Origin: Fibrobacter sp.
Lineage (GTDB): Bacteria; Fibrobacterota; Fibrobacteria; Fibrobacterales; Fibrobacteraceae
Direction: 5' to 3'
Length of the DNA stretch: 64,000 nucleotides
Assembly: GCF_017551775.1 (NCBI RefSeq)
Contig: NZ_JAFZKX010000018.1
Coordinates: 6,761 to 70,760 of the forward strand
Part shown: positions 37,854-48,200 of the stretch, one piece after another
Position numbering within the stretch: the first letter of the stretch is position 1
Layout: each line of letters begins with the position of its first letter
The notes under the pieces: model-generated
The model's input: only the letters and a program-made list of their open reading frames with translations
Database searches by the model: none
Told to the model about the DNA's origin: nothing
Program-made: the position numbers and the translations under genes

Positions 37854-40010
37854 ATGGATGCCGAGGGCATCTTGCGCGGTCTGAACGCAGACCAGCGCGC
37901 AGCCGTTTTACACGATCATCAAAAAGGGGCGCAACTGCTTATCCTTGCGGGGGCGGGCTCGGGCAAGACTTCCGTCCTTACGAAGCGGATCCAGTACCGC
38001 ATCGCCATGGGCGTGAATCCCGAAAACATCTTGGCGCTCACGTTCACGGCAGCGGCCGCTTCCGAAATGCGGGAGCGCGTGCAGGCGCTGTTCCCCGGAG
38101 CGGGCGTGCGGCTTTGCACGTTTCATTCGCTTGCGCTCTACATGCTCAAGCAGAAAATAGGGAATGCGTTCGCTTACGAGATGGTTGGCTTCAAAAAGCC
38201 ACCCGTGCCGCAGGAATCGGCGGACCGCGACTTTATGGAAGAACTTTCGCGGCACCATGTTCGCGGGGCGAAGTTCAACCGTGAAAATCTATTCGACGAT
38301 ACATTGCAATCGAAGCTCACATCACGCCTCGGGATACTCCGGCAGTCCGTGCTCGAAAGCGGGCAGGTCGTGTTCGAGGATTTGATATTTCAGGCGATAC
38401 ACCTGCTCGAAGATCACGAAGAGGCCCGTGCGTTTTTCCAGCGGCAGTGGACGGAAATCCTGGTGGATGAATATCAGGATATAAACCCGTCGCAGTACCG
38501 CATGGTGAAGGCGCTCCTGGGGGATAGGAATAGTTTGTTTGTAGTCGGTGACGATGACCAGGCTATTTACGGGTTCCGCGGGGCAGATATCGGGAACATC
38601 AACCGTTTTTGCGATGACTTCAGGGAGAGTACGCTTATCCGGCTGGAGTGGAATTACCGTTCCACGCCGAGCATTCTGCACCTCGCCAATGACATCTTCG
38701 AAAACAAGCCGCTCAGGCTCCGCAAGGTGTTGCGGGCTGGAAATCCGAAGGGTTCGGGGGGCAACCCGATTTTCAGGGAGAATCGGCCTCCCGAGGTGTG
38801 GGTGTCCGAAACGCCCATCGAGGAAATGCTCAAGATTATCTGTAAGATAAAGGAACTGCGCGAAAGCTACGACCTCGCCTGGAAAAATTTCGCCATCTTG
38901 GTACGGTACAACCGCCAGCGCGTCTACTACGAGCAAGTCTTGCGCGATGCGGAACTGCCGATAGCGGGCGAGGAGGTGGAAGATGGTACGGTCGAAGACG
39001 GAATCCACGTAGAGACGGTGCATGCGTCGAAGGGCTTGCAGTACGCTGTGGTTTTTTATGCCGGGCTTGCCGAAGGGCTCACCCCCGGAGAGTGCGGCGG
39101 CAGCAGGCGGGAGCGGAAAAAGCAACTGGATGAAGAACGGCGGCTCTATTATGTCGGGGTCACGCGGGCTGAGGCATACCTGATTTTGTTATATTGTAAA
39201 CAGCGTTACTGGAAGGGCCGTCTCCGCAATTACAGGCGGTCGAGGTTCCTGCCCCGCAGCGCGAATAATCAGCAGGATTTCTATATGCCTATTATTTTGT
39301 TCAAAATCCGCGTTGTCGTCTTGGTACTTTCGTACATGTTCGTACATATGCTGATTCTGCCGTTTATGTTGATTTTCAGGCGCAAGGAAGTCGACCTCTG
39401 GCTGGACAAGAAAATTCAGAGTTTTGCCCGGTTCTGCATGAAGGTTTTGCGGATTGATCTTTCGGTCGAAGATCAGGCTATCCTTGGTCGTGTCGATTGG
39501 ACGCGCCCTGTGTTCGTGATGGGCAACCACAATTCGTATGCGGACATCCCGATAATTTTCCTTGCTATTGAACGTACCATAGGTTTTATCGCGAAGGCTG
39601 AATTGCGGTTTATCCCGTTCCTTGGATTCTGGATGAAGAAGATTGGCTGCGTGCTCATCAACCGCGAAAAGGGCGGCGGCGCAAAACTTATCCGCGAGGC
39701 GATGGCGAAAGGCCGGGCTCCGAGGCTGTTTATTTTCCCGGAAGGAACCCGTGGCAAGGACGAAAACATGGTCCCGTTCAAGAGCGGCGGGTTCAGGCTT
39801 GCGGCGGAGACCGAGGCTACTATTCTCCCGGTCTATATCAAGGGCTCCGGTTTTACTTGGGAACACCGCAAGGATTCCTCTCGATGCAAGGTGACGGTGA
39901 AGATTCTTGAACCTGTAGACGTGAAGGCGATGATTGCCGAACGCGGTCCGCTTGACCCGCGCAAGGACTTGATGCACCTTGTCCGCGACAGGATGGATGC
40001 GGCCGTATGA
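37854..40010 (+). CDS. Fusion of a compact UvrD/Rep-like SF1A helicase and a PlsC-like 1-acyl-glycerol-3-phosphate acyltransferase
   Basis: Helicase motifs GAGSGKT, VDEYQD, GDDDQAIYGFRGA, NYRST, TVHASKGLQY, EERRLYYVGVTRA. Then, in frame, NHNSYADI (HxxxxD), FIAKAEL, IFPEGTR. Confidence 0.85.
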   Translation: MDAEGILRGLNADQRAAVLHDHQKGAQLLILAGAGSGKTSVLTKRIQYRIAMGVNPENILALTFTAAAASEMRERVQALFPGAGVRLCTFHSLALYMLKQKIGNAFAYEMVGFKKPPVPQESADRDFMEELSRHHVRGAKFNRENLFDDTLQSKLTSRLGILRQSVLESGQVVFEDLIFQAIHLLEDHEEARAFFQRQWTEILVDEYQDINPSQYRMVKALLGDRNSLFVVGDDDQAIYGFRGADIGNINRFCDDFRESTLIRLEWNYRSTPSILHLANDIFENKPLRLRKVLRAGNPKGSGGNPIFRENRPPEVWVSETPIEEMLKIICKIKELRESYDLAWKNFAILVRYNRQRVYYEQVLRDAELPIAGEEVEDGTVEDGIHVETVHASKGLQYAVVFYAGLAEGLTPGECGGSRRERKKQLDEERRLYYVGVTRAEAYLILLYCKQRYWKGRLRNYRRSRFLPRSANNQQDFYMPIILFKIRVVVLVLSYMFVHMLILPFMLIFRRKEVDLWLDKKIQSFARFCMKVLRIDLSVEDQAILGRVDWTRPVFVMGNHNSYADIPIIFLAIERTIGFIAKAELRFIPFLGFWMKKIGCVLINREKGGGAKLIREAMAKGRAPRLFIFPEGTRGKDENMVPFKSGGFRLAAETEATILPVYIKGSGFTWEHRKDSSRCKVTVKILEPVDVKAMIAERGPLDPRKDLMHLVRDRMDAAV

Positions 40011-40816
40011 TAGGCGTTTTCGATTCCGGGTTCGGCGGGCTCACCATATTGCAGAATCTGAAAAAGGTTTTGCCGGGTTACGATTTCTTGTACCTGGGTG
40101 ACAACGCGCGTGCGCCCTATGGTTCCAGGAGTTTCGAGACCATATACCGTTATACCCTCCAGGCCGTGCGCGAACTTTTCGGCAGGGGATGCCCGCTCGT
40201 GATTCTCGCCTGCAATACGGCTTCGGCGCGCGCGCTCCGGAGCATCCAGCAAGACGTGCTGCCTTATGAATTTCCGGACAAGAGGGTGCTCGGCATTATC
40301 AGGCCCACGACCGAAGAGATTGGACGCTTCAGCAAGACGGGGCACATCGGGATTTTTGCGACCTCGGGCACGGTGTCTTCGAACAGCTACGGGATTGAAA
40401 TTCACAACTTTTTCCCGGAACTGAAGGTTACCCAGCACGCCTGCCCCATGTGGGTCCCGCTGGTGGAGTACGGGGAACGCGGTACCGAGGGGGCGGCCTT
40501 CTTTGTCAAGAAGGATGTCGACGCGCTCCTGGCCGAGGACCCGCAGATCGATACGGTGCTCTTGGCCTGCACGCACTACCCGCTTTTGGAGGCGGAGATA
40601 CGCGCCGCACTGCCACCGCAGGTTCGGCTCGTTTTCCAGGGCGATATCGTGGCCAACAAGACGCTCGATTACCTCAAACGCCACCCGGAGATGGACGCTC
40701 GCCTCTCCAAGGGCGGAAAAACGACCTATTTGACGTCCGATACTGCAAAATTCTTTGAAAAAGGCGCCTTTTTGTTCGGAATTGATGGGATATCTGCCGA
40801 ATCAGTTGTCCTGTAA
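40007..40816 (+). CDS. murI: Glutamate racemase
   Basis: IGVFDSGFGGLT, YLGDNARAPYG, ILACNTASA, LACTHYP. ATGA overlap with the upstream stop. Confidence 0.96.
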   Translation: MIGVFDSGFGGLTILQNLKKVLPGYDFLYLGDNARAPYGSRSFETIYRYTLQAVRELFGRGCPLVILACNTASARALRSIQQDVLPYEFPDKRVLGIIRPTTEEIGRFSKTGHIGIFATSGTVSSNSYGIEIHNFFPELKVTQHACPMWVPLVEYGERGTEGAAFFVKKDVDALLAEDPQIDTVLLACTHYPLLEAEIRAALPPQVRLVFQGDIVANKTLDYLKRHPEMDARLSKGGKTTYLTSDTAKFFEKGAFLFGIDGISAESVVL

Positions 40817-40902
40817 CTTATAAAAAATGTATTTTGCGATTGTAACTGACGAACCTATTTAGGTCCGCTTGTGTTTTTTTTATCATAGTGAGTAGATGTA
40901 AT

Positions 40903-41544
40903 ATGCCGAAAACACAAATCAATCTCGAAGGTTGGCAGGATTACCGAGGCAATGCCGCCGGTAGCCTGCTTTACGTGGAAACCAGTCACCAGTCCGAAAT
41001 GCCGGTGCGCGACCAGCTGAACGAAAACGGCAAGGGTTTCTTCTACGAACCGAACTACGAAACCAGCACTTACGGCCTGATGAGCTGCTGCAACGTGAAG
41101 AACATCAACGCTATCGTGCGTGCGAAGAGCCGCTACATTCTGTTCGGGACCCGCTATGAGGGCCTGAGCGATTCCGAAAAGCGCAACAAGTACCTGATCA
41201 TGGGTTACATGCGCATCGACAAGATTAAGGACGTGCGTACCCGCCACATCCAGCGCTTCATGTCCAACCCCGAACTGCAGGAACCGGAATGCATGCAGAT
41301 GGAACACAACTGGGCGGTCTACGGCCCGATGCGTTTTGTCTCGATGGACGATTCCTTCCTCGTGACCGACGAAATCCTGAAGGAATGGGGCTACAAGGGC
41401 CATGCGAGCCGCCAGCTCAAGGCCGTGTTCCAGAAGGAACACCTGGACCAGATCCTTTCTTACCTGGATTCCAAGGAAGACAAGATTGAAGAATACATCG
41501 CGATTGTCGATGAATTCAAGGAAGCCCTCGAAGAAGGCGAATAA
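40903..41544 (+). CDS. Hypothetical protein (possible PUA/EVE-like nucleotide-modification-associated fold)
   Basis: Highly codon-biased ORF with its own terminator. EPNYETSTYGLMSCC..YILFGTRY..YLIMGYMRI pattern; fold is a weak inference. Confidence 0.6.
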   Translation: MPKTQINLEGWQDYRGNAAGSLLYVETSHQSEMPVRDQLNENGKGFFYEPNYETSTYGLMSCCNVKNINAIVRAKSRYILFGTRYEGLSDSEKRNKYLIMGYMRIDKIKDVRTRHIQRFMSNPELQEPECMQMEHNWAVYGPMRFVSMDDSFLVTDEILKEWGYKGHASRQLKAVFQKEHLDQILSYLDSKEDKIEEYIAIVDEFKEALEEGE

Positions 41545-41568
41545 CTTTCAAATTTGGCTATAAACAGC

Positions 41569-41600
41569 AACGCCCCCGCATTGCGGGGGCGTTCTGCTTT
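41569..41600. terminator. Intrinsic terminator between convergent genes
   Basis: AACGCCCCCGCA-T-TGCGGGGGCGTT followed by CTGCTTTT. Confidence 0.85.
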
Positions 41601-41608
41601 TATTATTT

Positions 41609-41684
41609 GTCGCTGGTTGCTGGTCGTTGGCTCTTATTATTGCGCCGCAGGCGCCTAATTTAAAGCCAGTAACCAGTAAGTAAC
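41609..41684. repeat. Heptamer-armed hairpin element, copy 2
   Basis: GGTTGCT GGTCGTT GGCTCTT arm; GCGCC-GCA-GGCGC (41642-54); AAGCC AGTAACC arm. Confidence 0.75.
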
Positions 41685-43814
41685 TTACTTCGTCGCCTTC
41701 ACGGTCGAGGACTTCGTCTTCACGATGTACAGGCCCTTGTTCAGGTCGAGGCGGATGGTGCCGTCGGCGTTGAACGCCTGGCCCTTGATGCCGCTCCAGA
41801 GCAGGTTGCCGTTCAGGTCGAACACCTTGGCTTCGGCATTCATGTCGTTTGCGGCGAAGTTCGTGTTCATTCCCTTGATGGCGTGGGTGCCGCAGCCGGT
41901 TGCCACGATCTTTGCGATGTAGATGCCCGCGTTGTCGCTGTTGAACGAGAGCTGCGTAGAACCGAAGGGTGCGCCGGTCGAGTCGATTTCGTTATCGAGT
42001 GGTACGGAGACCTGGTCCCAGGCGCCTGCGGGGGCGTTGTTGCCATACTGGTAGTTGCTCCAGGTGCTGCCGCCTGCGCCGCCGATGTTCACGGAGGCGT
42101 CGTCGGTATTGATGCTGCGCATGGTGAACACGAGTTCCTTGCACTTGGTGAGCGGGTCCTTCACGGCGGCCGCGTCGGGAATGGTGAAGAGGGCGTGCTG
42201 GTAGCCGCATTCATCCTGAGCGCAATCGGCGAGCGGGACTTTTACATATTTTGAAATGCCGTCGAGCGGGGTGATTTCGAACGTGACCTTGCCGAGGCTC
42301 GCATCGCTGCTCCATGTGCCGGCGCTCGATTCGTTTGCGTAGTCCACGATGACGAGCGAATCACCAATCTGGCTGCTCGGATCGATATAGGGATCTTCGA
42401 TGGGGGAGTCTTCGCACTGGAGCGCAGCCGTATTGCTCGTGGTGAACACGACTGTCGTGATGGATTTTGCCGGAGCGTCGATGATGGCGCTAGCCGTGAT
42501 GCTCTTGCTCTTGGCGCCGTTTTCGGTGGACTGCACCGCGGAAATCGGGGCGTAGCCGTTCACGGAGAGGTTCAGGTTCTGTGCCGAACCCTTGTTGATG
42601 GCGACGACGGTAATGGAGTCGCAGTCGGCGCTGCGGAAGGCGACCGCATACACGTTGGAGCCGTCAGCCGTGGAGCTCACCACGCGCCAACCCGGGTTCA
42701 CGAACTTGGAGTAGTGGCGCATGGCGTGGTATTCGGGGTTGATGTAGAGCTTTGCTTCGGTACAGCTGCTCCAGCCATTACCCGGGCACACGCCGATGAG
42801 CTGCCCGTTCGGTTCGCCCCAGAAGAGTTCCCAGGCGATGTAGGCGTTCAGCTTTCCGCTCGTGAAGCCAACCTGCATGATGTGGGCGAGGCCCAGCATG
42901 TCCTGTTCGCGAACCTCGTTTTCCATGGTGCAGAACTCGGTCATGATGATGGGCTTGGTGTCGCTCCCGTAGTTCTTCGCGATATTGGTCATGGCCTTGC
43001 GGAAGTTCTCGGGATTCAGGTAGTTCGTACCGGAATTGTCGTTTCCGTCGCCGGCGTGGTAAAGGTGGTAGGCGTAACCGTCGAGGTTATTGTTGTCGAG
43101 TGCCTTCACATACTTTTCGAAGTTGCTGTAGCCGATGCCGAGCGGTTCGGGGCCGATAATCTTCGGCGGGTTGGCAAGCGTCTTGATAGAATCGCGCACA
43201 GCCTGGAGCGCCTGCTTGTAGCCGGCAATTTCGCCTTCGTTGGGGTCGAACAGTGTCTCTTCGTAATCGGCTTCCATGTCGGGTTCGTTCTGGAGGCTGA
43301 TGTAGTCGGGAGTAATGCCCATCTTTTCGTAAGCCTGCAGGGATGTCTTCCACCAGTGGGCGAATTCGCTGTAGACGAACTTTCCGTACGGGTCGCTGTT
43401 GGAGGTCTTGAGCGTATTCTGGCTCTTGACTTTCTGACCGTTCACGCTGCCGTTTACGCTGCCGCTCGGCTTGAGGCGGCCCGGGGCAGACCAGCTGGAC
43501 ATTTCAATTTTGAAGCGGTTGCCGAGACGCTCCCTGCCTGCCTTGATGATGGCGGCATCGGCGACGATGCTCGTAGTGTCTTCCTGTTTCCAGTTGCCGA
43601 TACGGAGAAGCGAAAGGTTGAGGCCGGAGAACGCTGTGTCGTAGAAGTCCTTCTGCATCGAAGAACTCATGGCGGTAATCCAGCTTTGGTAGTAGGCGGC
43701 GCCGGCACCGAACCCGATGACTCTCTGTGCGGTGGAACTTGGGTCTACGGTAATGTTTGCGGCTGAGGCAATTGATGCTGCCACGAGGGCGGTTGCAATA
43801 GTTTTCTTTCTCAT
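41685..43814 (-). CDS. Secreted GH30 glycoside hydrolase (probable xylanase) with beta-sandwich accessory module and Fibrobacter C-terminal sorting-like module
   Basis: Signal peptide; Q.VIGFG, LSLLRIG, SSWSAP, ISLQNEPD (acid/base), MTEF (nucleophile), HYSKFVNPG; C-terminus VFDLNGN..GLYIVK. Confidence 0.85.
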   Translation of the reverse strand: MRKKTIATALVAASIASAANITVDPSSTAQRVIGFGAGAAYYQSWITAMSSSMQKDFYDTAFSGLNLSLLRIGNWKQEDTTSIVADAAIIKAGRERLGNRFKIEMSSWSAPGRLKPSGSVNGSVNGQKVKSQNTLKTSNSDPYGKFVYSEFAHWWKTSLQAYEKMGITPDYISLQNEPDMEADYEETLFDPNEGEIAGYKQALQAVRDSIKTLANPPKIIGPEPLGIGYSNFEKYVKALDNNNLDGYAYHLYHAGDGNDNSGTNYLNPENFRKAMTNIAKNYGSDTKPIIMTEFCTMENEVREQDMLGLAHIMQVGFTSGKLNAYIAWELFWGEPNGQLIGVCPGNGWSSCTEAKLYINPEYHAMRHYSKFVNPGWRVVSSTADGSNVYAVAFRSADCDSITVVAINKGSAQNLNLSVNGYAPISAVQSTENGAKSKSITASAIIDAPAKSITTVVFTTSNTAALQCEDSPIEDPYIDPSSQIGDSLVIVDYANESSAGTWSSDASLGKVTFEITPLDGISKYVKVPLADCAQDECGYQHALFTIPDAAAVKDPLTKCKELVFTMRSINTDDASVNIGGAGGSTWSNYQYGNNAPAGAWDQVSVPLDNEIDSTGAPFGSTQLSFNSDNAGIYIAKIVATGCGTHAIKGMNTNFAANDMNAEAKVFDLNGNLLWSGIKGQAFNADGTIRLDLNKGLYIVKTKSSTVKATK

Positions 43815-43861
43815 AATATATGATCCTTATTTCAACCAACCCCAAAAAAAGTAATTAGAAC

Positions 43862-43975
43862 TTAGATAAGTTACTAGTTACTAGATTATTTTCAATAAGA
43901 TTATCTAGTAACTACTGACTAGTATCTATTGACTGCGCTGTAGATGCTCACATCCCACATCTCTCATTTCACATC
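43862..43975. repeat. Heptamer arrays between two minus-strand genes
   Basis: AGTTACT AGTTACT AGAT / ATCT AGTAACT ACTGACT AGTATCT ATTGACT, then TCACATC CCACATC TCTCATT TCACATC. Confidence 0.7.
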
Positions 43976-43977
43976 AG

Positions 43978-45150
43978 TTAATACGCGCCTTCGCCCTTGA
44001 ACACGACCTTGAAGGTCTTGAGGATGAGCTTGATGTCTTCACCGAGCTTGCCGTCGCGGCGGATGTAGTCGTTGTCGAGGCGCATCTGCCCTTCGAACGA
44101 AATGTTGCTGCGGCCGCTGACCTGCCAGATGCAGGTGAGGCCCGGTGTAACGGACAGGCGCATGCGGTGCCACGGTTCGTATTCTTCCACTTCGGAAGGA
44201 ATCGGCGGGCGCGGACCCACGATGGACATGTCTCCCTTGATGATGTTCACCAGCTGGGGCAGTTCATCGAGGCTGAACTTGCGAAGTATGCGGCCGAACG
44301 GATAGATGCGCGGGTCGTTCTTCATCTTGAAGGTCTTGCCGCCCGTCTCGTTATGGGCCATAAGTTCTTTTTTGCGTTCTTCGGCATCCACGTACATGCT
44401 GCGGAACTTGTACATGGTGAATAGTCTTCCGTTCTTGCCTACGCGTGTCTGCTTGAAGATGACGGGACCCTTGTGGTCGCTGATTTTCACTGCGAGTGCG
44501 CAGAACAGGAGCAGCGGGGAAAGAACTACCAGGGCGAAGCTGGAGCAAGACACGTCGACGAGTCGCTTGATGATATGACGGAAACGAATCTTGTGCGGGT
44601 GCTCCCAGATGTGGTCGAGGTTCAGTCGCTCGAGCGAGAAGAACCTGCCGTTCGTGCTGTTGAAATCCTTGATTTTATCCGCGAGTTCCAGGTTGTCCTT
44701 TTCCTGATAGCCGGTATAGAAATACGCTTCGAAAATCGGCCTCTTGGGATTGATGCGGAGCGTCTGGATGAGGCCCGCGTCGTTGAGCTTGTGCAGGATT
44801 TCCTTGCGGATGGATTCGAGAGTCGAAAGGTCGGAATTCAAAAGGATGATGCCGAGCCCGCTACCATCGGACAAATAGCCCAAGACATCGATGAATCTGA
44901 GGTGCGAGAACATCGTGAGGATGCTGATGCGCCATGTGTTTTCGACAGTCCTGCTCGGGCTGCCCCAGCCGAAGAAGTCGTACTGGTGGGCATACATCTT
45001 GATATACAGGAACGGCTTGCGAGTGCGGTTCGCACGTAAAAATTCTTCGTTAAGGCGCGTCCTGAAGAGCCTTGCCGGGTAGACAATGTTCTTTAGTTTT
45101 TGCTCGTCGAGAATTGAGCCGATTGCCGGATTGACGGATTCCTGTTCCAT
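43978..45150 (-). CDS. Polyprenyl-phosphate phosphoglycosyl transferase (Bac_transf) with N-terminal degenerate GGDEF-like domain
   Basis: C-terminal KRLVDV, FKQTRVGKNGR.FTMYKFRSM, RKFSLDELPQ, GDMSIVGPRP, PGLTCIWQVSGR. N-terminal ~130 aa are GGDEF-like with RxxD. Confidence 0.9.
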   Translation of the reverse strand: MEQESVNPAIGSILDEQKLKNIVYPARLFRTRLNEEFLRANRTRKPFLYIKMYAHQYDFFGWGSPSRTVENTWRISILTMFSHLRFIDVLGYLSDGSGLGIILLNSDLSTLESIRKEILHKLNDAGLIQTLRINPKRPIFEAYFYTGYQEKDNLELADKIKDFNSTNGRFFSLERLNLDHIWEHPHKIRFRHIIKRLVDVSCSSFALVVLSPLLLFCALAVKISDHKGPVIFKQTRVGKNGRLFTMYKFRSMYVDAEERKKELMAHNETGGKTFKMKNDPRIYPFGRILRKFSLDELPQLVNIIKGDMSIVGPRPPIPSEVEEYEPWHRMRLSVTPGLTCIWQVSGRSNISFEGQMRLDNDYIRRDGKLGEDIKLILKTFKVVFKGEGAY

Positions 45151-45220
45151 ATGGGTAAATATAGCTATTTCGTTATATTATATTTATAAAAGATGTTAGA
45201 ATTATAACGGAGGAGGTTCT

Positions 45221-48200
45221 ATGAAACATTCCATTCTAGCTCTCGGAGGGATTCTTTTTGCCACAATATCGGCAAATGCTATTATTATCACTCCTACAGC
45301 TCCGGTCTTGTCGGACGGATGTTATGAAATTTCGAACGAGGCCGAACTTTACGGTTTTGCCGCCATTGTGAATGGAACCGATGGCTTTCTCCGGAACAAG
45401 GCCGCTTGTGGCAAGCTCACGAAGAATATCGTTGTCAACAGCGATGTCCTCAATTCTTATGACGATGATGAATTATCTGCCGAGTTTGCGTCATGGAACC
45501 CGTTAGACACCTTCGCGGGCACGTTCGATGGAAACGGTCACACGATTTCGGGCCTTTTCCAGAATGTGACACAAGATGCCGATGCCCAGGATGTGGGCTT
45601 TATTCGCGTCCTGGTCGCCAACCCCGAGACCCCGACGGTCATAAAGAACTTGGGAATAGTCGATTCGTATTTTGAAATGAAGAGCCGTACTGGGGTAGGT
45701 GCAGCAGTATTTGCCGTAGACGTGATTGATTCTGATTTGGAAGACGGAAAAGATTCGTATGCAAAAATATTAAACTGCTATAATCAGTCCCAGGTTTATG
45801 CTAAGGGTTATGGAAAAGACGCGAACATTGTACAGCGGATTGGCGAACATGTTGTGCTGACAATGGAAAACAGCTACAGCGTGGAAGACGGTTTCTTGTA
45901 TGAAACTAATCGTGGAACGCTTGACGTCAAGAATTCCTATATATTGGACAGCAAGGAAAAACTTGACAGTTACGGTATTATGCATGTAACGTCGGACCAG
46001 TTCAAAAAGGGCGTGGTGGCGTTTGCGCTGCACGAGGCCGATCCCATTTGGGGGCAAGATGTGCAGAAAGACAAATACCCGAATTTTTCGGGTCAACTCA
46101 AGAACTCTTCTGTAGACCGTTACAAGGTTTCGTTCCATACTTTTACGGGAGATACGGCTGATTATTTCAACAGTTACATTTCCGGATTTACATACAATTT
46201 GCCTGATACGGTTGTCAAGGAAAATACGGCGTTCCTTGGCTGGTACAAGGACAAGGAATTCAGTGGGAACAAGGATACGGCTATTTCTACCAATGAAACA
46301 GGCAATCTTGAATATTGGGCGAAACTGAAAAATGTCTATAAAATAACGTTCCATCTCAATGGCGGCGATTTTGATACAGGTTGGAACGCGAATTATGGAT
46401 ATTGTTCTTATCGTCATGAGGAGGATGCTGTTTGCGAGTATCTTGAAGGATTTCAAAAAGCGTTGCCGACTGACGGTATCTATGATATTAATAGGTATGG
46501 CTACTTCTTTGTAGGGTGGTACGACAATGAAGAGTTAACGGGGGAACGTATAAGTGCGATGGTTGCTACAGATGTGGGTGATAAGGATTTCTATGCAAAA
46601 TGGTATGAATTGAAAACACCTGCATTAGATGCTACGGACAGCTGCTATGAGATTTCTGATGTGGCGGAACTTTATGGCTTTGCACGAATAGTCAATGCCG
46701 ACCGTTATTATCACGAAACTATATTGCAATCGCACCTTTGCGGTAAGCTCACGAAAGACATCGTGGTGAACGAGAATGTCCTAAAACGTGATGGGACGCT
46801 TGATGAATCTGGGGTGAATAAGTTTATGCCCTGGTCGCGAATTGAAGGCTCCTTGGCGCTGTTTGATGGCCAGGGGCATAAGATTTCAGGCTTGTTTATT
46901 CCGAATGGTGCAGGACTGTTTAGTGAACTTTTGTCCTCGGATAGAGAGAAGCAGACCGTCATTCGTAACTTGACCATAGATGATACTTACTCGGAAGGCA
47001 GTGGTATAGTTGGCTATGCCGATCTTCCGCTGACATTGGAAAACTGTCATTTTAAGGGTTATATTGCTGGAGCGACGGGCGGACTTATTTCATCCTCCGA
47101 TACAACGCTCGTTATAAAAAATAGCAGCCATCGTGGAAAAATGTCGGCTAGGGGCAGTGGCTATATGGGCGGCCTTGTGGGGAGCAGCTATACCGATTTG
47201 GTGCTTGTACAGAACTTCCATGAAGGTTCCATGAAGCTGTCTGCGGACACGGTAACCCGTGATATCAATGGAACACTTTATGTTGATGTGCGTACAACTA
47301 GTGCGGGGGGCTTGGTCGGTCGCCTTCTCGGTAATGCTTTTATAGCGAATAACTACAGCGTCTCTGATATTGAAGGCCCTTCTTCGGGTATGGTTGGAGG
47401 GTTGATTGGTTCTGATGCGGCTATGTCAATGCTAGTGTCTAAGAAGGGTGCCGTGTACTACCATGCGAAGGAAGCCTTTATTCTTAACAATTACAACAAG
47501 GGTTCGTTCTCGGAAGAGTATAAATACTCTAAGGGGTCAGATAAATGGATTGTTGATAATACCTTCTATTTATCAGCGACTGGAATAGAAGATGATAGGA
47601 CCCAGGCAGTTGCGGCAGATGCTTTCGTGGATAGTTCGCTTGCTGCGGCCTTGCACGATTATGTGCAGAAGGATTCTGAGGGTAATGTCGTTGCTGGTGG
47701 CATCAATGGCGATGCTTGGAAGCAGGGAGATTACTATCCCGTGCTTGTTCAAAAAGAGGAACGGAATTTTGCCATTCTTCACAAGGATACTTCGGGCTCG
47801 TATTCCGTCTTTGTGTACATGCCCGGAGAAACTGTTGCTTTGCCTGTACTCGAACGTGAGGGCTATACATTCGCAGGCTGGTATAAGAATGCCGAGCTCA
47901 CGGGGAGCGTCGTTACTGAGATTGGCGCCGAGGAATCGGGAAATTTGAATTTCTATGCAAAATGGGAAAAAATACGGGTGTATGTTTCTGTAGAATCGAA
48001 TCTTGGCAATGCGGGTAGACTCAGGCTTGGAAGTACATGGTCTACGGGAGCGTTGGGCTTTGTTTACGATACATTTGACTATGGAAAGAGAGTCTATGTA
48101 GAAGCTGTACCTAATGATGGCTACCGATTTGTTGAATGGAATACGGTGTGCGGAACTTACGCCTCGTGTTACTTTACTGCAACGGAAACTGTTAACCTTG

